A DNA stretch of 64,000 nucleotides from Chrysomallon squamiferum (lineage: Eukaryota > Animalia > Mollusca): the NCBI GenBank assembly GCA_012295275.1, contig CM022669.1:9176001-9240000 (forward strand), read 5' to 3'. Numbering within the stretch: the stretch's first letter is position 1; each line of letters starts with the position of its first letter. This document shows positions 54,445 to 64,000 of this stretch, piece by piece. Under the pieces are notes generated by a model that worked only from the letters and a program-made list of their open reading frames with translations, was not told the origin of the DNA and did not search any database. A program made the position numbers and the translations under genes.

Positions 54445-54521
54445 GTTTTACCGGTCGAAATCAAGTTTCGAAGTTTGTTGTAATTGTTGTTTTGCTGTGG
54501 CACGTGCAGTTGACTCTTTGA
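54445..54521 (+). CDS. Dpr-like gene terminal exon, GPI-anchor-signal-like C-terminus
   Basis: TTTTAG acceptor, phase 1. Translates (S)FTGRNQVSKFVVIVVLLWHVQLTL*: small residues, a polar spacer, a hydrophobic tail and no cytoplasmic domain. The eight exons total 879 nt (292 aa). Confidence 0.72.
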
Positions 54522-55006
54522 TAATTTGTTTACAACACGTGTATAGCGAACATATCATCAATGAAGTGCCTTTTTCACAGTGCCCTCGTCAACAACGCAG
54601 TGAACTGTAACAGAAAGGTAAATCTTGTTTCATTCATTCTACCTTTATTTCTAGAGCTAAGACAATATTTTTGTTATTTCTTTCGTTTGTTATTTCTTAC
54701 ATCTCTTTCCATTTTCTTTCATTCTTTCCTTCGTTATTTCTTGCATTCATTTTCCTTTCTTGTTTTCTTTCTCTCTTCTCGTCTTCTTTCGTTCATTTAT
54801 TTTTACACAGCAGAATTTTTTCCCAGTGGTCCAAGGGAGGTAATTATAATTGGTTTTTTTTTTTTTTTGGCTGAGTCCCCAAGTGTTAATTTACGTTCTG
54901 CAATTACTAATAATTACTGATTGACGATCATGTGTTTAAATTTTAAAATAATTATATTATTGCTTTTATGAATATTAATAAAAAAAATTCTTAGCATTTC
55001 GTGCTT

Positions 55007-55069
<63 letters not shown>

Positions 55070-55711
55070 CACTTTCTTGTTTTCTTTGCAGATTAATGTT
55101 TTGCAAGCCTTTGTCCGATGTACATAGAAAGAAAATATAAGTTTCCGTCATTATTTTCATTCATTTTGTTACTGGATTCAGTTAATGTTAATACTACGTA
55201 ACATGACTGAACTTTACGATAAGGAGTATTGAACCAGCGATCTGTTTGTCCTCATTTAATGATGCTACCGAGTGGCAGTCCTCTCACTAGATGTAAGAAT
55301 ACACTGATACTCTGAACAGTGGATTGGATTTAATTAAGAAACCAGTGTCCATGTTTACTGCATGACAGTTTCGTATTAGCAGAAGTTTTAAACATATTAA
55401 ACTGTTTTTTTTTTTTATATATATTTTTATTTCAATTTTAAAACCCAGCATTGACTTATTTTTCGACTGAAACAAGGAATCGTGTAGACTGACGTAAATT
55501 CTTTGTACGTAGTGCAAACAAAACACGCCATCGACAGATGCACGTACTTGCTGTGATCCTGGAAATGTTGAAAAAATTTTCATCAAATTGATATACAAAA
55601 GTTATCGTCATGGCGTCTCATTTTACTTGTGAAATCTGCGAAACAACGGCATCTTTAGTTTCAGAAGAACTTCATTTAATGACATAACTTTTCCTTTCTT
55701 TTTTTTTTATT

Positions 55712-55816
<105 letters not shown>

Positions 55817-56214
55817 TTAAAACTTATTTATTTATATTTTATTATTATTATTTGTTTTGTGTTTATTTATCTTTTTTTTTTTTTTTTTTTTTACAAAATT
55901 ACTTCTGCCACAGTATTTTCATCAATCATTTAAGACATTTTATTTCATTCTGAACACTTAAAATTCGGAATTGCGTGATTCAATTCATTCGTCCCCGATA
56001 TCTTTAATGATCAGCTGTGAAGATTAGCATTAAAATAATTCAACCTGTTAGACAAAATGAAAAAGAAAAACGCTAACATCAAATGAAGTTTTATTATATG
56101 TCTTAGGTTCATAGTCGAGAAATGCAGACTGTCATGCAAGACTGATTTCGTTTCGCTGTGTTATGATTAGTCTGAACTGAACTGAGAGTTAGCTGTCCTG
56201 TACTTCCAAAATTA

Positions 56215-56281
56215 GATCTGGATTCGATCCCAAAAACCTTGAAGTCTTCGGGCCTCCTGCTTAACCCACTGTGTCACGAGG
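56215..56281 (-). mobile_element. Possible degenerate tRNA-derived SINE head
   Basis: Minus strand shows an A-box-like TGACACAGTGGG (56276-56265) and a B-box-like GGGATCGAATCC (56231-56220) at tRNA-like spacing; no full cloverleaf. Confidence 0.35.
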
Positions 56282-56653
56282 ATACATTTTTTTTAATGTG
56301 CTGTAATGTTTTAGTCATGTTCAAACGTTTACGTTTTCGTTCGGCCGGTAATTGTTCATGAGAAACATGTGACGTGCCTTTCATGTAGAACTATTTTAAT
56401 ACGTGACGTAGCCAGTAAGATTCCGCTTTACTGTCTTTGTACTTAGTGAAACAGTAGAACATTTTATAAACTCTCTTAGTGTGTGTAGTGTGTTTATATA
56501 TTCAGTACAAATTTTGTATCAAGCTTGATTATAAATAATTTTTATGCATGACTGAAAATGTTATCTGAAAAAACCGAAGAATGGATTTATGTTAAAAGAG
56601 ACATTATTCAAGAAATAAATATATTTACCAGTGTTCGTACGTACATTAATAAT

Positions 56654-56750
<97 letters not shown>

Positions 56751-57647
56751 CCTTGTCTTGTTTGACAAGAGATTGTATAACAAAAGTACATTCCAAAATA
56801 TGTATTTTGTAGTTCTATTTGTTTTCATTCAGCCAAGAAAGATTTAGTGGGAATTAAATTTCCTTTGTGTTTCTAGGACGATGTGTTTTACATAAATCAT
56901 TGATATTCAATAACGTTCAAATTAGTAAAATATGCAGTCTATAGTTATTATAAAATAGAGCTTTTGTCACATGCCATTTGATTTATTTATTTATTTGTTT
57001 GTTTGTTTGTTAATTTATATTATTTATTTATTTATGCTTTCTGTGATAATCATTTTTCAGTTCTTGTAAATAAAGTTAGAGATTATTATTATTATTATGA
57101 TTATTATTATTATTATTATTATTATTTGTATAGTACAATTATTTGTTTTAGTCTATTAACAGTCCATACGATGAAAGGATGGACGGATGGATGGATTCAG
57201 CCTCGTAGTCTCATGAAAATGTGGATTCTAGTAAATTGCTAAAATGAAATTTATGAAAATCTTCAAGATAAGTATTTCAGGTCAGAAAGGTTAAACAAAT
57301 TGTTTTAAATATAACCATAAAGTCTTTTTCTTCTTCTTCTTTTTTTTTTCTTTATTTTTTTAATTTTTTTTTTTTTTTTTTTTTTTTTTCCTTTTTCGTA
57401 GATCAATAGAAAAAGTCAACACGGCTTAAGTCACCGTAAAACTGGAAAACTATTTTCATATCCAAACTCTACAGAGCTTGAGTCTCCGTTCTTTAACCAT
57501 CTAGACAACATTTTTTTTTTTTTTTAATTCGAAATTGTTGCGAGAGTAAATAGTTTTGTAAAACGTATGAAAGTACGATTACTGTGATTTACAGAGTGAA
57601 TGAAAAATTAATAAACAATATGTATGTACAATGCAACATGACATGTC

Positions 57648-57653
57648 AATAAA
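57648..57653 (+). terminator. Candidate distal poly(A) signal for the Dpr-like gene
   Basis: AATAAA (another at 57610) with upstream TGTA motifs and downstream GT/T-rich sequence. A proximal AATAAA lies near 54976. Confidence 0.25.
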
Positions 57654-57789
57654 AATGTTTACTGAATGAAGTGCTTGTGTTTTAACTGTGATATCTGTGT
57701 CTAACATTTTACTCATGATATTATGAATATCAGTCATTTAATTGTATGTTGTTTTTCTTCTTGTTGTTGATAATAATAATAATATTATC

Positions 57790-57838
<49 letters not shown>

Positions 57839-58692
57839 GTCTATCCATTCTTTGTGCTTCTCTACATCAGTAAGCTGATGTTTGTCTGTTTTGTCTAAAC
57901 GGATTACATAAATACAAATTATATTACTTGTTTACATTATCATGCACACACTCTAACAGGCCTCTGTTTTGAACATGCATCTATGACAACAACCGACTGT
58001 CATTATTACGTCATAGCCGCTATATAACTGAGACATTATCTAACGTAATTACTGTGCGTTACGTCAAACACGGTTAACAGCTAATAAACACCGCTCACTT
58101 CTAAAAGTAACGCTGCTGTTTAATTACCTCTTAACCGGAGTCATCCGGTTTCGTATAAACTAACATACGTCATTCAGAGACGAATCCACGGTATGCAAAG
58201 AGTGTGGACTTGGTGAGTTAGGGATCGTTGCATGTAAAAATAATAATCTACCTACCGCTGCATTATTAATGAAATGAAACCGAAATAGTTAGTTGAGATA
58301 ACACACAAACAAATAAGCAATCCATTACGTTCGAGATAGTGAGAAATATTATTCAACACCACTCACAGAGTCTGTTATTACGTATGTACATCACTGATGA
58401 AGTGAGTAACAGGGCGTGGTCCGTAATAAGATACAGTAAGACTGTGTGTGAATATTAGTATTAATTTTATTTTCTGAAATGACCGACCAGTTTTGCTAAT
58501 TCCAGCAATACCATAAATTATTATTGAAGAAAAAAAAAAAAAGAAGAAGAAAGAAAGACAGAAGATAAAAATCTGCACTGAGTTAAGTTTTTATGGTTTT
58601 GCTGTACTTGCTCGTGTCAGTTTAACATGGTATCTGTCACTGCACGTTTTACATGAAAATTTACACGACACCACTTTATTATATATCACGTA

Positions 58693-58764
58693 GGTTCCAT
58701 GGTGTAGTGGTTAGCACGCTGGACTTTGAATCTAGAGATTTGAGTTCAAATATCGGTGGCGCTT
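58693..58764 (+). pseudogene. tRNA-Gln(UUG), degenerate, probably a pseudogene
   Basis: GGTTCCATGGTGTAGTGGTTAGCACGCTGGACTTTGAATC... closely matches metazoan tRNA-Gln; anticodon TTG at 58726-58728; T7 run just downstream. The acceptor stem has a T:C mismatch and two G:T pairs; the T stem has a G:A mismatch and two T:G pairs. Confidence 0.85.
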
Positions 58765-60039
58765 AGTTCTTGTTTTTTTAAATTATTTTAATATTATTTT
58801 GCTGAAATGATCTTTAATGTAGAAATCATAATACTCGGTTAAACATTTATATTTTATTCCTTTTACTGAAGAACAAAAGAAAATAATTCGAATACTTATT
58901 AAAACTGATATTAAAATAAATTACTTGTTTTTACGGCATGTACATACCCACCCACCCCCACCCACACACACACACACACACGCACGCGCGCGCACACACA
59001 CACACACACATATTTATATAAACACTGGTTAGTTACGTATTTCAGAAGTTGAGTTGAGTTGTTGTTTTTTTCTCCAGCAACTTGTCCCAGTTTTGAGGCT
59101 GAACGTACGTGTCAGAATGTATGAGGATGAGGAGAACTGAACCGCGCAGTTTTTCGTTCAGTGTCTCCGAAAAAACGAGCTTTTATCAGTAAATTATGTC
59201 TAGTTAAGTTTAAATTACACGCTTGATTAACTCACTCTCGTGCTTCGAGATTCGTAAGCCATGCAAAATGCGACAAGCGAATATGAACGAAAACGTCACC
59301 TGAAAAAAATCACTGATGGAAAAATTAAGCTGTGCATGTGTGTGCGATTGTATACGTCTGTTTATTAGATCGTGTATCGGCCGTCGATGCTGGCTATCGG
59401 CTAATTATGTATAAATATGTATAATTAGCAGCATATTCATACTTATTCATGACATGTAACAAACTAGTTTTAACAGAAACATTAGAGAGCCTTCGCGTGT
59501 ACAAGTGAGAAAATGTATTCAAGATTAACATCTTTACTACAACTGTCAGCTGAGAAGTGTTTTAATTATTTATCATCTTTATTTTATTTTATTTTATTCA
59601 ATTTTATTTTATTTTAATTTTTTTTTTAAAAATTTTAAGAGTTTGTAAGCGACATACATATTATTTGTTTTGCTTCTTTGTTGTCTTTTTGTGTGTGTGT
59701 GTGTTATAAGGTGGGTTATAAGATGGCTTATTTCGCTGAGAGCTGACATAAACTTGAGATATCTTTTCTCCACAGTTCGCCTAACAAGAATACTAAACAC
59801 TACACAGAGAACAAGTCGTTACTTATTCTCAGTCACGTGTTCATGTACTACATTATACGCCTGACTGCTTAACTGCATAATTTTCTCCTTGAAGATTGAA
59901 TGTCAACCGATAAACAAAGAGATTATTTAAACACAACGTTACAACTAAAGTCAACAGTGCTCGCGTACAAAAATACCTCAGTAAATATTACATAAAATAC
60001 AGCCTAGGATACCTGCTTAATCTCCCTCCCTCCCTCCCT

Positions 60040-60157
<118 letters not shown>

Positions 60158-60252
60158 GTATATATATATCTATATAAATTTCTACCTAAGTCACACCTAA
60201 TACATGAATATTCAAAACAAAAACAAATACATATGAAATTTCACAAAAATTC

Positions 60253-60258
60253 TTTAAT
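60253..60258 (-). terminator. Candidate poly(A) signal (ATTAAA) of alpha-tubulin
   Basis: About 145 nt after the stop on the minus strand, followed by T/GT-rich sequence. Confidence 0.4.
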
Positions 60259-60400
60259 TTCTTTTAAAAATTGCGTTTCGTTTCTTATTGCTGTTTACAA
60301 TGAGTTAATTTTAAAATTAGGATAATTATATCACAGTCAAAATGTGAAGAATTGTAAGTTAAAGGAAACTGTCCATATAGAAAATATCACAGTCTCATGT

Positions 60401-61549
<1,149 letters not shown>

Positions 61550-61788
61550 TTATTTATTTATTTGTCAAATTTATGAAAGCCATAAGTGTTTTTAAATTAC
61601 GGTTTTCGTAACACTGAATAAAATTTTATATCGATGAGCTAATAAAGTAATCTGATAATTAAACATAAATTACATGGAATCCAGATTTCAGATTTCCTTT
61701 TCCTTATTTATATCTATAAATCCTTTTTAATATTCCTTTACTTTATAATAATCTAATAATCGAACTCTGCTACATTCATTTGTTTCTA

Positions 61789-62043
<255 letters not shown>

Positions 62044-62503
62044 TTACATGTTTACTGTATGTTGTTCTCTTTCTTCATATTAAATGATTTTAGTATTTTA
62101 TCTGTTTATGGTTATACATCATACTGTTCTATAAATAATGTAAAGTGCTTCATGTAATTCTGTGGAAGACTAAATCAATGAAGGGAGTTACCTAGGCAAC
62201 ATGTACCAGTAATAATACTGCATTCGCGCCTTATAAATATAAACGTTATTTTTTAAACATGCATTCTTTAAAACGTGAATATATGATTTCATTACTTTAT
62301 CTTTCCGACTTTAACAAAAAAAAAAAAAAAAATTCAAATCAGATTTTTTTTTTCCTATCTCATTTTTGACAAGATATATAAACCACTTTAATATAAAACA
62401 ACCATAAACGGTAATTCTTTACTTATTAAAATGTTACTCGTTTGAAAGATACAACATTTAATTACGATACTACAAGAAAAACAAAATTCAACTAAGTACT
62501 CAC

Positions 62504-62506
62504 CAT
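62504..62506 (-). CDS. TUBA: Alpha-tubulin, exon 1 coding part (ATG only)
   Basis: CAAC-ATG|GTGAGT, the conserved metazoan alpha-tubulin intron after the start codon. 3+223+1130 = 1356 nt = 451 aa, starting MREC. Confidence 0.95.
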
Positions 62507-62720
62507 GTTGAATTTTGATTTTCAAACTGACTGGGAAACTTGATGATTTCCTTTCGCAGTGTAAATCGTGGAATGGTCATTTTGGCGCCAAGTCACGTAC
62601 TTATGCTGTATCTGCTAGCAACCGGTTTGTTGTAGTTACTTTTCTCTCTCTCTGTCTCGTCACTGGCCATAATTCACTCGAGTTGCTTCCCTTGGCGCAT
62701 TCATTGCGTAATGCGTAAAT
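62507..62720 (-). promoter_or_regulatory. Alpha-tubulin 5' UTR and core promoter region
   Basis: Inr-like CCATTC near 62575 with a TATA-like CATAAGTA about 28 nt upstream; locally higher GC. The exact TSS cannot be determined. Confidence 0.4.
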
Positions 62721-63007
62721 AGGAGTCTATGAAGAAACGCGTTTGGGATTGTTGGGAAAGACATATCGAGGACTGAACAAAGTGGTGAATCATCGTGGCG
62801 GCGTGATACACTAGAATTTCAAGTCTCAGCACAGACACTGCCTTGTCCCGCCTTAATTTCAATATTTTATACACAGGGCCGTTCCACGTTATTTGATAAC
62901 CGGAGGAGGGATGGTGTTCAAACTGGCTTGTTTTTGAATGTGTCAAGAGTTTTATAATATTATTGTGTGATGTATATGTGTATGTTTCACTTAAGCAAAG
63001 GCTAAAA

Positions 63008-63059
<52 letters not shown>

Positions 63060-63196
63060 TTTTAAGATGCAGAATACATTGTTTTCTTATTTGTTTATTT
63101 TATTTATTATTTGTTTCTTTATTATATTTTATTTTATATTTTTATTATTTTTATTTTCTTAATTTTTTTTTCTGATTTCTTTCTTTTACTAATTTG

Positions 63197-63242
<46 letters not shown>

Positions 63243-63612
63243 CACCATCATCATCATCATCACTGATGTCTGTTTAATACAATATACGTGAATATAATAT
63301 TTCTACTGTGTAATTACTGATATAAATATGTTCAGCTGTCCATAAGCAAATATTTACTAATGTTCAGCTTAATTACTTAATCTGTAATTAAAACGCTTAA
63401 AAAACAACAAAAAAAAAACAACAACAACAAACAACAACAATACTCTGACTGTTCGAGTCTACAGTCCTATTAATTGTAATACTTTTTTCATTAAATTAAC
63501 ACATAATCAAAAATCAAAATATTTATCTCATACATAATTATATATTTTTGTGTGGGTGTGGTAGATTGCTATTTTTATTCTTATTTTTGTTTCCTTTTCT
63601 TCTTTGGTTTAA

Positions 63613-63681
<69 letters not shown>

Positions 63682-64000
63682 CTAATCTTGGTGCAGCTTT
63701 TAAACTATTATTTTCTTTTATTATATATATTTCCTAATAGTCTATTTATTTATAAAATTAAATATTTTGACATGCTGACAAAATAACAAAATTTACTTCA
63801 TTAACCGCGAATACCGGTAAAACATGCTGACACACGAATAGAAAATAATTTCAAATTGCCGCCATTTGTAAATGTGTCATTCCTTTATTTTGACAATTAT
63901 TCACTAAAAATAATATCTTTCTTTATAGCGAAGCAGTAAATCGAAAACAGTAAAATATTCGAATTACAGTAATACAAAAATATTAGTACCTTAGTTATTA

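Noticed and set aside
57471-57510. tRNA-Leu(CAA)-like 5' fragment on the minus strand (…TGGTTAAAGAACGGAGACTCAAGCTCTG)
   Set aside because: Only the D/anticodon region resembles a tRNA; there is no T arm or acceptor stem.
63857-63868. GCCGCCATTT YY1-like motif or possible minus-strand start (ATGGCGGCA)
   Set aside because: The frame stops after four codons, and a single motif at the window edge is not enough evidence.

Overview
AT-rich, microsatellite-dense animal DNA; gene style suggests a lophotrochozoan, probably a mollusc (inference). Almost all ORF-track entries are simple-repeat artefacts. By hand splicing I can support three intron-containing genes. (1) The 3' part of a hedgehog-related (Hog/Hint) gene, + strand, ~13-4368. 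It has no Hedge domain: an 8-Cys, ~46-aa peptide sits between a putative RKR convertase site and a Hint domain with altered catalytic positions (Hh D46->K, Hh C143->N at the intein terminal-Asn position, SRR HWY motif lost). (2) A Dpr/ZIG-8-like two-Ig, probably GPI-anchored adhesion gene, + strand, 21114-54521, ~292 aa. It has a ~26-kb first coding intron, three small phase-1 exons, and one exon whose splice donor is replaced by an (AG)n tract. (3) A complete 451-aa alpha-tubulin, - strand, 60401-62506. Also present: a degenerate tRNA-Gln(UUG), several minisatellites (22, 24, 27, 38, 38, 55/56 and ~60 bp units) and many microsatellites. The best candidate for an undescribed system is the Cys-rich peptide/variant Hint precursor.
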